Shown here piece after piece: positions 1 through 14,988 of a stretch of DNA of 64,000 nucleotides. This stretch comes from the human T2T-CHM13v2.0 reference genome, Homo sapiens. A model generated the notes under the pieces. It had not been told where the DNA came from. It saw nothing but the letters and a program-made list of their open reading frames with translations, and searched no databases. The number at the start of each line of letters is the position of its first letter. Positions within the stretch are counted from its first letter, which is position 1. The position numbers and the translations under genes were made by a program. The stretch lies in the NCBI GenBank assembly GCA_009914755.4, contig CP086569.2, positions 4,224,001-4,288,000 of the forward strand, read 5' to 3'.

Positions 1-84
1 AAAAAAAAAGAAAAAATGAAAAAATATATTCTGTTTTATTCAAAAACCCTGTAAAAATCCATTTTTATTTGTTTTTAATCACCT

Positions 85-880
85 TTATCTGTTGGTGGGA
101 ATTACAGTTAGTACAATCACTGTGGAGAACAGTGTGGAGGTTAAGCAGAAAACTAAAAAGAGCTGCCATACAATCCAGCAATCCCACTCCTAGGTATATA
201 CTCAAAAGAAAGGAAATCAGTATGTTGAGGAGATATCTGGGCTCTCACATTTATTCCAGCATGATTTACAATAGCCAAGATTTGGAAGCAACCTATATCC
301 ATCAACAGATGAATGAATAAAGAAAATGCGTTATGTATACACAATGAAGTGCTATTTAGCCATTACAAAAAAATGAGATCCTGTCATTTGCAATAGCATG
401 GATGGAACTGGAGGTCATTATGCTAAGTGAAATAAGCCAGGCACAGAAAGACAAATATTACATGTTTTCACTTATTTGTGGGATCTAAAACTCAAAACAA
501 TCGAACTCATGGAGATACAGAGTAGAAAGATGATTACTAGAAGCTATGAAGGGTAGTGGGAGGGTGGAGGATAAGTGAGAATGATTAACGGATACAAAAA
601 TAGTTAGAAATAATAAATAAGTCCTAGTATTTGGTAGCATAACACGGTGAATATGGTAAAAAATTAATTGTACATTTTAAAATAACTAAGAGTATAATTA
701 GATTTTTTGTAACACAAAGGATAAATGCTTGAGTTGATGAATATTCCATTTTCTCTGGTGTAATTATTATGCATTGTATGCCTGTATCATATCTCATGTA
801 TCCCATAAATATATATATCTACTATGTATCCACAAAAATTAAACACATAAATAAAATACTTTCTTATATCCACCCTAAAT
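85..880 (+). mobile_element. L1 (L1PB-like) 3' terminal fragment: ORF2 C-terminus plus 3'UTR, 5'-truncated
   Basis: Colinear with L1 ORF2 end and 3'UTR ('ctgttggtgggaat...ccagcaatcccactcctaggtatatac...gaaataagccaggcacagaaagacaaata...'). ORF 69..320 is L1 ORF2-tail derived. Ends in an A-rich tail. Confidence 0.8.
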
Positions 881-1056
881 TTTATAAGTGACATCTGAAA
901 CTTCTTTCTTCTTCTTCTTTCTTTGATCAATGTGTGTACTAGCTAGTTATAATTCTCTGAATAATTTTTACATGCCTAATGACATAAATTACTTCTTTGC
1001 TTCCATTTCAGAATCTTCACATGTTTTAAGCTATAAGATGCATAACTAACAACTAA

Positions 1057-1390
1057 ACTGAAAATCATATAAACATAAATATACATTGGAGCAATATTAA
1101 TATTTTTAATTTTAAAAATTGAAAATATAAACTTATAATCATATTACATTAAGAAACTCTAAGGACTAAATTTCCTCTTTCCTATCCTCAGAATATGAAT
1201 TAGTTTTAAAATTAAATACTGAAAATCATATAAACATAAATATACATCGGAGCAATATTTTTTTAATTTAATATTTTTAATTTTAAAAATTGAAAATATA
1301 AATTTATAATCATATTACATTAAGACCTCTAAGGACTAAATTTCCTCTTTCCTATCCTCAGAATATGAATTAGTTTTAAAATTAAATACT
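1057..1390. repeat. Tandem duplication, 2 copies of a ~161-173 bp unit
   Basis: Unit beginning 'actgaaaatcatataaacataaatatacat...ttagttttaaaattaaatact' occurs at 1057-1217 and again at 1218-1390 with few substitutions and one small indel. Confidence 0.85.
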
Positions 1391-1627
1391 GATTTGAAAA
1401 AACATGCTTTGAAAGAAGAATTAGAATAAATAGAGAAAACAGTGACAATTTTCTCATTACAGGTAATAAACTTGATATTTTTTGTTTTTTAGTCTACGTA
1501 CTATTTGAAGATCTGAAGATTATATTAGCCATCTTGGCAGATATTAAATGAATAACGCAAATACTAGCTTCTTAGTTCAGCTTTGTTTCTTTAAGGAAAA
1601 CAAGGTTCTTAGACATCTTAAACTTTT

Positions 1628-1924
<297 letters not shown>

Positions 1925-1954
1925 AGACATCTTAAACTTTTATAAAAAAAAATT

Positions 1955-1990
1955 TGTTTGTGTTTTTGTGTGTGTTTGTGTGTATGTATG
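1955..1990. repeat. (GT)n / (TG)n microsatellite, imperfect
   Basis: tgtttgtgtttttgtgtgtgtttgtgtgtatgtatg. Confidence 0.85.
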
Positions 1991-2582
1991 TTGAGGATGA
2001 GGCTCTCTTTCAGACTTCCATATATACTTTCTTCTATTTAGCTTTTAAAAACATATTTGTACATTTAATTTATCTGCTATTATATCTAAGTATGTTAATT
2101 TATATTTTATGTAAATGATAGTGTTTTTCATTTTATTATTATTCATTTTATTTTGTATGTCATTTCAGAGGTCAGTCTTATTTGGAAAAAATACATTACT
2201 AATGTTTAGGATCACTCTGAATTCTAGTTCAGCTTTTGGGGGTTTTAGCAATCATTTGGAGCTATTCTTTGTGTACCATGACTGTTCAGTGACTATTTAT
2301 TGAACACCCCAAAATTACAGTGTTATATGGTATGGAAGTTATAGAACAAAGAAGATATGAAGCTTCAAAGAATTTGCCCTCCGTTTACCCAAGTATCCTC
2401 TGAGAAAAAAACAATTTAGCTGCACAATATAGACCAGACATTTTAGTGTACTATTAATATATGTTCATTATAAAAATTTAATACGGAAAAACATAATGAA
2501 GAAAACAAAAATCCCCCTAACTTCTAGCACCTAGAGTAACTACTAAAAACACTTTGGAAAATATAGTTCTAAATATCAATTG

Positions 2583-2640
2583 ATATTAATCTCTCTCTCT
2601 CTTTCTCCGTCCCTATCTATCTACATATTTTCTTCCTCTA
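2583..2640. repeat. (CT)n / TCTA-type low-complexity tract
   Basis: ctctctctctctttctccgtccctatctatctacat. Confidence 0.6.
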
Positions 2641-3880
2641 CAGAGATACCCAAGTGCAATTTTATATTAATAGCTTCACACTACACAAACTGTCATGCAT
2701 TTTGCCTTTAAGCATTAAATTATTTTTGGTATATAACTTAGATATCAGTAACACAAATCTATTTTATTATTTTTAAAGCCTATAGTTTTCATAGCTATAC
2801 AGATATATATATATATTCTAAATCTCTTTTCAATGATTACCAATAGATGCTTAGGCTCTTATCTTTTTTCTATTATTTTTTTCTGTGGCCATTTTTGGCA
2901 TATAGATATTTTCATATGTGATCAATGACCACTAATATAAATTCCTTGAAGAGTATTGCTTGCTCAAATCTAACCCAATTTTAAATACTATTATACTAAA
3001 ATGTTTTCGGGTATATAAATTTACGCTTCACATTTCTTGACCGACACTAATTATTTCTATTTTTCTTTAGTCTTTGACAACATGCCATGCCATTTTACAT
3101 TTCTATTATTCACATTCTCATTTAAAAAGCCCTTTTAATGTCAAGGTATTTTTTGATAACTGGCTGATTAATATGGCCAGTTATGTTGTTTTGTCCTTTG
3201 ATATATTCTCAATCATATTTGTTAAATTATACATTTTCTGGCTGGTAAGATTTATTTACACGTCTCTTAATGTATTCTAGACCATATTTGCATTAATATT
3301 TTTGAGATTTTATGTGGCTTATTTTCTCATTTTTTGCTTTCATCATCAAGGTTTTTTTATACAGAATTAAAGTAAAATAGGATGAGAAGATGTCATTCAA
3401 CTATGTGTTGTGGAATAGTTTAAATAGCATAGACATTATCTATTCCTTAGTAATTTTAAGAATAGTCTTATGTTAACATCTGGGTCTACCCTGTATTTGT
3501 GGGGTAAAGTGACATATTGTCAATGTGTTTATTCTTTTCCATTTAGTTTATTTTTTCTCTTTTTTGCTCTAAGTGGTTTAATTCATTAATTCACAGTGTT
3601 GTTCGAATGAATAATTTAAATTTCCACTATTTCTGTATTTATACATTGTTCTCATATTTTTTTATTTGTATCTTAGGACATTAAGAGATTATATGTTGTG
3701 TATTTTAATAAAGCATTTCTCTCTTTTATAATTTTATTTATTTTCTATTTTCTAATTCATTAATGTCTTCCTACTTCTCTCCTTAATTATGAATTGATTT
3801 TTTTTTAAATTTCTTGCATTAGTTTCATCATGCATTTATTCTGTTTTGGGGGGAATATCATTTATAAGGTTATGAATTTA

Positions 3881-4363
<483 letters not shown>

Positions 4364-4597
4364 CTATGTCTTTCGTGAAAGTGGAAGTGGTGTATTACCG
4401 GTATCAGGTTTGTAAGAGATGGGCTATCTCCATGCTGATATTCTTCATTCACAGTTTTGATGTCATTCTTAATCTAATTATTAAAATAAAGTTGATTTTT
4501 GTGATAGAGTATTTTCAGACTCAGTTCACGACCTCTGCCTCACACCCTCTTTGCTGCCGCAGTGATTGTGGACATTTTTTCTCAAGTTTTAAACACT

Positions 4598-4732
4598 TTT
4601 TTTCTTTTCTTTCTTACCTTTCCTTTTCTTTTTCCCTCCCTCCCTCCCTCCCTGTCTTCCTTCATTCCTTCCCTCCTTTTCTCCCTCACTCTCTCCTAAT
4701 ATCCCTCTCTACTTCCTTCCTTTCTTTCCTTC
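4598..4732. repeat. Polypyrimidine (TCCC/CTTT)n simple repeat
   Basis: tttcttttctttcttacctttccttttctttttccctccctccctccctccctgtcttccttcattccttccctcc... Confidence 0.8.
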
Positions 4733-5069
4733 ATAAAGTGGTATGACATGGGCCTTGATCAATGAGGAACAATATTGGTTCAAACAGAAATGACATTGGC
4801 TGCAAATATTTGGTACTGGTTGACCAATGCACGCAAGCTTAAATTTATGGTTATTTTTGCTCCCCACATGATTTCTTCATTCATTTACACTTCATTTGTC
4901 CAGGACGTGTGTAAAAGTTTCTTTAAACTGTTTTTTTATTTATTGCCTTACACATCTGTATATTTAAGTTTCTTTTGGATTCTGGAAAATTCGCAACCAG
5001 TATTGCTTTTAATATTTCTTCTCCATTTTTTTTTTCTATTATCTTCTACTGTTACTCTCTTTAGATTTA

Positions 5070-5420
5070 CAGTCATGGGCCACATAACAGTATTTCAGCC
5101 AATGATGGACCTCATATGCAAAGGTGGTCCCATAAAATCATAATACCATATTTTTACTGTAACTTTCATATGTTTAGATATGTTTAGAAACACAAATACT
5201 TCTTACCAATGTTTTCCAATTGCCTATAGTATTCAGTAGAGTAACACACTGTTCAGGTCTGTAGTCTAGGACAATAGGCCATACCATGTAGGCTAGTTAT
5301 ACACTAGACTATATAACATCTAGGTTTATGTAAGTACAATAATGTTTGCACAATGATGAAATCTCCTAATGATGCATTTCTCAGAGTGTATCCCTATCAT
5401 TAAATGACACGTAATTGTAC
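5070..5420 (+). mobile_element. Old interspersed repeat, DNA-transposon-like (family not assigned)
   Basis: Matches a common human repeat remembered as '...ggtcccataaaatcataataccatatttttactgta...tgtttagatatgtttag...gcatttctcag..gtatccc..tcattaa..gac.c.taa.tgta'. Assignment is from memory only. Confidence 0.35.
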
Positions 5421-5425
5421 ATTGA

Positions 5426-5810
<385 letters not shown>

Positions 5811-5950
5811 AAGATATATATCTAAAGATATCTATCTATCTAGATATTTAATCTACTAATCTATCTAGATATTTAATCTATCTAGATAATTAAATGTCTA
5901 TCTATTTAATTATTAGTAGATAATTAATATCTACTAATATTTAAACCATC
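5811..5950. repeat. (TAGA)/(ATCT)-type simple repeat / low complexity
   Basis: agatatatatctaaagatatctatctatctagatatttaatctactaatctatctagat... Confidence 0.8.
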
Positions 5951-6232
5951 AATTGATATTTTATTTTTTTCCACAGAGATCTTATCCCAATCAGAATACT
6001 TTTCATTTCTAGAAATTCTATTGTTTTCCCAATTTTTCTGCCCTTGTTGGTCTCTTTTTCCTTGTTCATTTTTTTATTTCATCATTCATTCATTTATTTT
6101 ATTAGCTTTTTCAAACATAGCTAGGTTATGTTCTGTATGTGATATTACTTAAATCTGAAGTTTTTGGTCATCTAAATATGTTTTTCTTTCTTTGTGTGGT
6201 TATTTCAGATAACTAGTTCTTTGATTTATTTG

Positions 6233-6350
6233 TTTTTTTTGTATTTTTAGTAGAGATGGGGTTTTGCCATGTTGGCCAGGGTGGTCTTGAACTCCTGACC
6301 TCAGGTGATCCACCCTCTGGGATTACAGGCATGAGCCATTGTGCCTGGCC
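6233..6350 (-). mobile_element. Free Alu left-monomer-like fragment (~118 bp), reverse orientation
   Basis: ttgtatttttagtagagatggggttttgccatgttggccagggtggtcttgaactcctgacctcaggtgatccaccc..gggattacaggcatgagccattgtgcctggcc. Confidence 0.7.
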
Positions 6351-7043
6351 CTGTATTTTCTTATATAGTTCATACATTCCTATTCTAGTTTCAGATGGGC
6401 TTTCATGTCCCTCCTTGTAGAGATTTTTCTAATATATAAGGAGCTCAGAAATAAAGTACATACCAGTGATCATTCACCCAGGATGTGCTTCATTTTTAGT
6501 TGCAGAGACTTTTAGAATATCTTATATTCCATGCTGCTTGAAAAATATTTGCTCTTTGAAATAAATAGAACATTTAAAAAAGGCCAGATGTGCAAATATA
6601 GACCAAACCTCTTCCTTTCAAACATTAAAAATTCCCAAAGTATTTCATGAATATTCTTATAACCATATGGCAAAATGCTGAATACTCAAATATGCACATG
6701 TAGAAAGATGTGACAACAATGTGTTGGCTAAAGTGAAACTGATAGTTTATGATGGAGTCTAAAGCTCAAACTTTCTTTAATGTCTTTATTATTAAATATT
6801 TTCATTTCCAAAAATTCTCTTAAAATATCCAGTTGTCTATTCCATTATATAAGACATAAATAAAATTGTTGAATGATATTAATCCTTAGTGTGATTCTGG
6901 TGGAAATGGATTCCATAGAGTCTTTTTAGTTAATGAATTAAGAACAACCATCATACTCAAATATGTTTTCCAAATTTTTAGACTTCTTTTCTTCCTTGGG
7001 AACACCAAATATTCTTGGGTTTGGTCATTTAACATAATCCCAA

Positions 7044-10000
7044 ATGGTTTTTCTTGTCTCTGTCTCCTTCGGTTCTTCTCTGATCTCAGTTATTTCTTGT
7101 CTTCTTCTAGCTTTTCAATTTGTTTGCTCTTGCTTCTCCATTTCTTTCAATTGTGATGTTAGAGTGTCAATTTTAGATCTTTCTCACTTTTTCCTGTGGG
7201 TATTTAGTGCTATAAATTTTCCTGTAAACACTGCTTTAGCTGTGTCCCAGAGATTCTGGTACATTGTGTCTTTGTTCTCATTGGTTTCAAATAACTTATT
7301 TATTTCTGCCTTAATTTTGTTATGTACCCAGTAGTCATTCAGGAGCAGGTTGTTCAGTTTCCATGTTGTTGTGCAGTTTTGAGTGAATTTCTTAATCATG
7401 AATTCTAATTAGATTGCACTGTGGTCTGAGAGACTGTTTGTTATGATTTCCATTCTTTTGCATTTGCTGAGGAGTGTTTTGCTTCCAATTATGAGGTCAA
7501 TTTTACAATAAGTGTGATGTGGTGATGAGAAGAACGTTTATTCTGTTGATTTGCGGTGGAGAGTTCTCTAGATGTCTATTAGGTCCACTTGGTCCAGAGC
7601 TGAGTTCAAGTCTTGAATATCTTTGTTGATTTTCGACAATGGGGTGTTAGAGTCTCCCACTATTATTGTGAGGGAGTCTAAGTCTCTTTGTAGGTCTCTA
7701 AGAACTTGCTTTACAAATCTGGGGGCTCCTGTATTGGGTGCGTACATATTTAGGATATTTAGCTCTTCTTGTTGCATTGATCCCTTTACCATTACATAAT
7801 GCCCTTCTTTGTCTCTTTTGATCTTTGTTGGTTTAAAGTCTGTTTTATCAGAGACTAGATTTGTAACCCCTGCTTTTTTTTTTTTTGCTTTCCATTTGCT
7901 TGGTAAATATTCTTCCATCCCTTTATTTTGAGCCTATGTGTGTCTTTGCATGTGAGATGGGTCTCCTGAATACAGCACACCAATGGGTCTTGACTCTTTA
8001 TCCAGTTTGCAAGTCTGTATCTTAATTGGGGCATGTAGCCTGTTTACATTTAAGGTTAATATTGTTATGTGTGAATTTGATCCTGTCATTATGATGCTAG
8101 CTGGTTATTTTGCCCATTAGTTGATGCAGTTTCTTCATAGTGTCGATGATCTTTACAATTTGATATGTTTTTGCAGTGGCTGGTACCAGTTTTTTCTTTC
8201 CATATTTAGTGCTTCCTTCAGGAGCTCTTGTAAGGCAGGCCTGGTAGTGACAAAATCTCTCAGCATTTGCTTGTCTGTAAAGGATTTTATTTCTCCTTCA
8301 TTTATGAAGCTTAGTTTGGCTGGATATGAGATTCTGGGTTGAACATTCTTTTCTTTAAGAATGTCAAGTAATGGCCCCCACTCTCCTGGCTTGTACAGTT
8401 TCTGACAGGAGATCCACTGTTAGTCTGATGGGCTTCCCTTTGAGGGTAACCCGACCTTTCTCTCTGGCTGCCCTTAACATTTTTTCCTGCATTTCAACCT
8501 TGCTGAATCTGACAATTATATGTCTTGGGGTTGCTTTTCTCGAGGAGTATCTTTGTTGTGTTCTCTGTATTTCCTGAATTTGAATGTTAGCCTGTCTTGG
8601 TAGGTCGGGGAAGTTCTCCTGGATAATATTCTATAAAGTGTTTTCCAACTTGCTTCCATTCTCCCTGTCACTTTTAGGTACACCAGTCAAACACAGGTTT
8701 GTTCTTTTCACATAGTCCCATATTTCTTGGAGGCTTTGTTCATTCCCTTTCATTCTTTTTTCTCTATTCTTGTCTTCACGCTTTATTTCATTAAGTTGGT
8801 CTTCAATCTCAGATATTCTTTCTTCCACTTGATCGATTTGGCTATCGATACTTTGTGTATGCTTCATGAAGTTCTCGTGCTGTGTGTTTCAGCTCCATCA
8901 GTCATTTATGTTCTTCTCTAAACTGATTATTCTAGTTAGCAATTCCTCTAACGTTTTATCAAGTTTCCTTGAATTGGGTTAGAACATGCTCCTTTAGCTT
9001 AGAGGAGTTTGTTATTACCCACCTTCTGAGGCCTACTTCTGTCAATTCATCAACTGATTCTCTGCCTGGTTTTGTTCCCTTGTTGGCAAGGAGTTCTGAT
9101 CCTTTGAAGGAGAAGAGACATTCTGGTTTTTTGAATTTTCAGCCTTTTTGCGCTGCCTTTTCCTTATCTTTGTGTATTTATCTACCTTTGGTCTTTGATG
9201 TTGGTGACATTTGGATGGGATTTTTGTGTGGATGTCCTTTTTGTTTATGTTGAGGCTATTCCTTTCATTTCTTTCTGTTTGTTAATTTTCCCTCTACCAG
9301 TCAGGCCCCTCTGCTGCATGTCTGTTGTAGTTTGCTGGAGGTCCACTCCAGACCCTGTTTGCCTGGGTATCACTAGTGGAGGCTGCAGAACAGCAAAGAT
9401 TGCTGCCTGTTCCTTCCTCTGGAAGCTTCATTCCAGAGGGGCACCCACCAGATGCCAGCTGGAGCTCTCCTGTATGAGGGATCTGTTGATTCCAGCTGGG
9501 AGGTGTCTGCTACTCAGGAGGCACAGTTGTCAGGGACCCACTTGAGGAGGCAGTCTACCCCTTATCAGAGCTTGAGCGCTGTTCTGGGAGATCCACTGCT
9601 CTCTTCAGAGCCAGCAGGCAGGGACGTTTAAGTCTGCTGAAGCTGCGCCCACAGCCGCCCCTTACCCCAGGTGCTCTGTCCCAGGGAGATGGGAGTTTTA
9701 TCTATAAGCCACTGACTGGGGCTGCTGCCTTTCTTTCAGAGATGCCCTGTCCAGAGAGGAGGAATCTAGAGAGACAGTCTGGCTACAGCAGCTTTGCTGA
9801 GCTGTGGTTGCCTCCTCTCAGTTCAAACTTCCAGGCAGCTTTGATTACACTGTAAGTGTAAACTACCTTCAGACTGCTCTGGTGGCAGTGAGAATTTCAA
9901 GCCAGTGGATCTTACCTTTCTGGGCTCCATGGGGGTGGGATGTGCTGAGGCAGACTACTTGGCTTCCTGGCTTCAGTCTCCTTTTCAGGGGAGTGAACGG

Positions 10001-10445
10001 TTCTGTCTCATTGGCATTCCTGGTGCCTCTGGGGTATGAAAATAAACTCCTGTAGCTAGCTGTCTGCCTAAATGGCTGCCCAGTTTTGTGCTTGAAACCA
10101 AGGGCTCTGGTGGTGCAGGCACTTAGGGGAATCTCCTGGTCTGCGGGTTGTGAAGACTGTGGGAAAAGCATAGTTTCTGGGCCGGAATGCACCATTCCTC
10201 ATGGCACAACCCCTCACGGCTTCCCTTGGTTAAGGGAGGGAGTTCCCCAACCCCTTGCACTTCCCAGGTGAGGCAATGCCCCACCCTGCTTCTGCTCACC
10301 CTCTGTGGGCTGCACCCACTGTCTAATCAGTTCAAATGAGACGAGCTGTGTACCTCATTTGGAAATTCAGAAATCACCCTCTTCTGCATTGATCTTGTCG
10401 GAAGCTGCAGACCGGAGGTGTTCCTATTCAGCCATTTTGCCAGCT
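7044..10445 (-). mobile_element. L1PA-type LINE-1, 5' portion only (5'UTR, ORF1, first ~330 codons of ORF2), 3'-truncated, reverse orientation
   Basis: Reverse complement is colinear with young L1PA from the 5'UTR start ('ggagctg..ttcctattc.gccat.tt.gc' at ~10400-10445) through ORF1 (minus ORF 8631..8867: '...NEQSLQEIWDYVKRTNLCLTGVPKSDRENGSKLENTL') into ORF2 (minus ORFs 7568..7918, EN domain 'HYVMVKGSMQQEELNILNMYAPNTGAPRF', and 7184..7399). L1 similarity stops abruptly near 7044. Confidence 0.9.
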
Positions 10446-10574
10446 CAGAAAGATGTTTCTTATTAGGATTCATTGAAACTACCTGAAGAAAGCCTCCAGA
10501 TTTAATTTGAATAAGAGTTTTTGTGAAAATAATTTGGTAAGAAGCAGAAAATAGAGGGAACATGTTTGCAAACA

Positions 10575-12575
<2,001 letters not shown>

Positions 12576-13937
12576 CTTGATTGAACAAACTTATTTAAGC
12601 ACTTAGATTTCTTCCTTATTTAATTTTTAATAAAAACATATGCTCTTGAAAGCATAGAGAACTTATCATACTAAAAAGGCAGTTTTAAAATTTCTAAAAA
12701 TGTAATGCACAATTGATGCATATGAAATGTGGTAAAATGTCACCAACATGCAACTAAACTTTTTAAAATTATCAACGTTTTTGTCTTTAAAAAACATAAG
12801 AAGTTATTTATCTTAGCTAAAATGTACATACTCAGGGTTAGAAAGTGCACCTTTTTTTAATCCTATGTGTACCTTTTCTTTTTTTTTTAGAGTTTTTGTT
12901 TTTACTGTTTTAAGATGAAAACTTCTTATTATAAGGTCAATATTAATGTTAATTGTTGCATAAAAACCATTTTGTTCCATTTATCAATAAACCACAATAC
13001 TACTTAGGTGTTAGTTGCAATGATACTTCATGAAGGAGTAAATACAGCTTTCCCTACAGCTCTGAAGCTCATATATTTCTATCAGTTTATAAATACTGAT
13101 GTTAATACTCTCTCTCCCCCATTTCTAAGAGATTTCTCCATGAACCCAAAACTTATTTTTCTGTGTGAAAATTAGGTGGCTATACAGATTGGAAAAAAAA
13201 TCAACCGAAACATAAAGAAAAGTTTTTGAACAATGTTTTTCATGCTCATAAAAAGTGTGGCCAAGTATCAGAATTAGTTTTTCCACTTGGCATAAATATT
13301 TGATATTCTTAATATTATGTGTGCTCACTTGTTGTTGGACTTTCATATTCTTTAACATTAAAAAATGGAGATCAGCTCTTTTCTGCAATTTAGTTATGCT
13401 ATTCTGAAACAGAAAATGATTTTGATAAGACAATAATTTGGGAACTCTTTTAGCAATTAGTGGCAGTAAATAAAACTAATAATCATTGTTGTTCAGGAAC
13501 TGAATTTGTTTACAATAATATTTTTTCAAACTCAGCCCAAAGAAGCCATTTCACTTTTGCCTAGTGACTTATTAATAAGATACATATTATTATACATACC
13601 AATGTTCAGATTGTCTTAAAATGCTTTCAAATAGAATGCAAATTTTTGCAACAACAAAAAATTACACAAACAAGCCTCTATGATTGTGTAAATAAAGTGT
13701 CTCTACAAGTGGGGCACAAATAAGCCTATTTAGCCACCATTCTGGAGGAGTTGCTTATTCCTTTATCTAATTTGCTTACCAAAATTTTAATTATGGCTCA
13801 TCAAATGTGCTTGGTAAATCAAGTTCTGCTTATCATAAGGGTTACATTTAATCAGAACTATGGTCCGTCATAAAAGAGCCTGTATTTACCAAATTAATGC
13901 ATAATATTCACAAGAAACCACCAATAATAAACAAATT

Positions 13938-13950
13938 AAAAAATACTGTT
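13938..13950. repeat. Putative L1 target-site duplication, upstream copy (aaaaaatactgtt)
   Basis: 13-mer sits immediately 5' of the L1PA 5' terminus. An identical 13-mer sits immediately after the L1 poly(A) at 25571-25583. Confidence 0.6.
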
Positions 13951-14542
13951 GAGGGATGGCTGGCAGTATGGCCGAATAGGATCAGCTCCTGCCTGCAGTT
14001 CCCAGCAAGATCAATGCAGAAGGCAAGTTATTACCTGGTTCATCTCACTGGGACTGGTTAGACAGTGGGTACAACCCACGAAGAGTGAGCAAAAGCAGTC
14101 TGGGGTATTGCCTCAGGCTGGGAAGTGCAAGGGTTCAAGGAACTCCCTCCCTTAGCCAAGGGAAACCATGAGGGACTGTGCCTTGAAGAAAGGTGCATTC
14201 CAGCCCAGACACTACACTTTTCCCATGGTCTTCACAACCTGCAGACAAGGAGATTCCCTCGGGTGCCTACACCACCAGGACCCTGGGTTTCAAGCACAAA
14301 ACAGGGTGGCTGTTTGGGCAGACACCAAGCTAGCTGCAGGAGATTTTTTTAATACCCCAGTGTCACCTGGAATGCCAGCAAGGCAAGACAGTACGGTTCA
14401 CTCCCCTGGAAAGGGGGCTGAAGCTAGAAAGCCAAGTGGTCTAGCTGAGCAAATCCCACCAATACAGAGCTCAGCAACCTAAGATCCACTAACTTGAAAT
14501 TCTCGCTGCCAGCACAGCAGTCTGAAGTTGACCTGGGATGCT

Positions 14543-14988
14543 AGAGCTTGGTGGGTGGAGGGGCATCCACCATTACTGAGGACTTGAGTAGGTGATTTTC
14601 CCCTCACAATGTAACCAAAGCCGCCAAGCAGGTCAAACTGAGTGGAGCCCGCTGCAGTTCAGCAAAGCTGCTGTAGCCAGACTGCCTCTCTAGATTCCAC
14701 CTCTCTGGGCAGGGCACTTCTGAAAGAAAGGCAGCAGCCCCACTCAGGGGCTTATAGATAAAACTAGAGCTTGGTGGAGGGAAGGGCAGCCACCATTACT
14801 AAGGCTTGAATAGGTGGTTTTCCCCTCACAGTGTAAGCAAAGCCTCCAAGCAGTTCAAATGGGGCAGACCCAATTGCAGCTCCACAAAGCTGCTGTAGTC
14901 ACACTGCCTCTCTAGATTCCTCCTCTCTGGGCAGGGTATCTCTGAAAGAAAGGCAGCAGCCCCAGTCAGGGCCTTATAGATGAAACTC
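14543..14988 (+). repeat. Internal ~222-bp tandem duplication inside the L1PA 5'UTR
   Basis: 'ctagagcttggtgg.gg.agggcatccaccattactaaggcttga.taggtg.ttttcccctcaca.tgtaa.caaagcc.ccaagcag.tcaaa...ctgcctctctagattcc.cctctctgggcaggg...ctgaaagaaaggcagcagcccca.tcagg' occurs twice in tandem, at 14543 and 14764. Confidence 0.7.
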
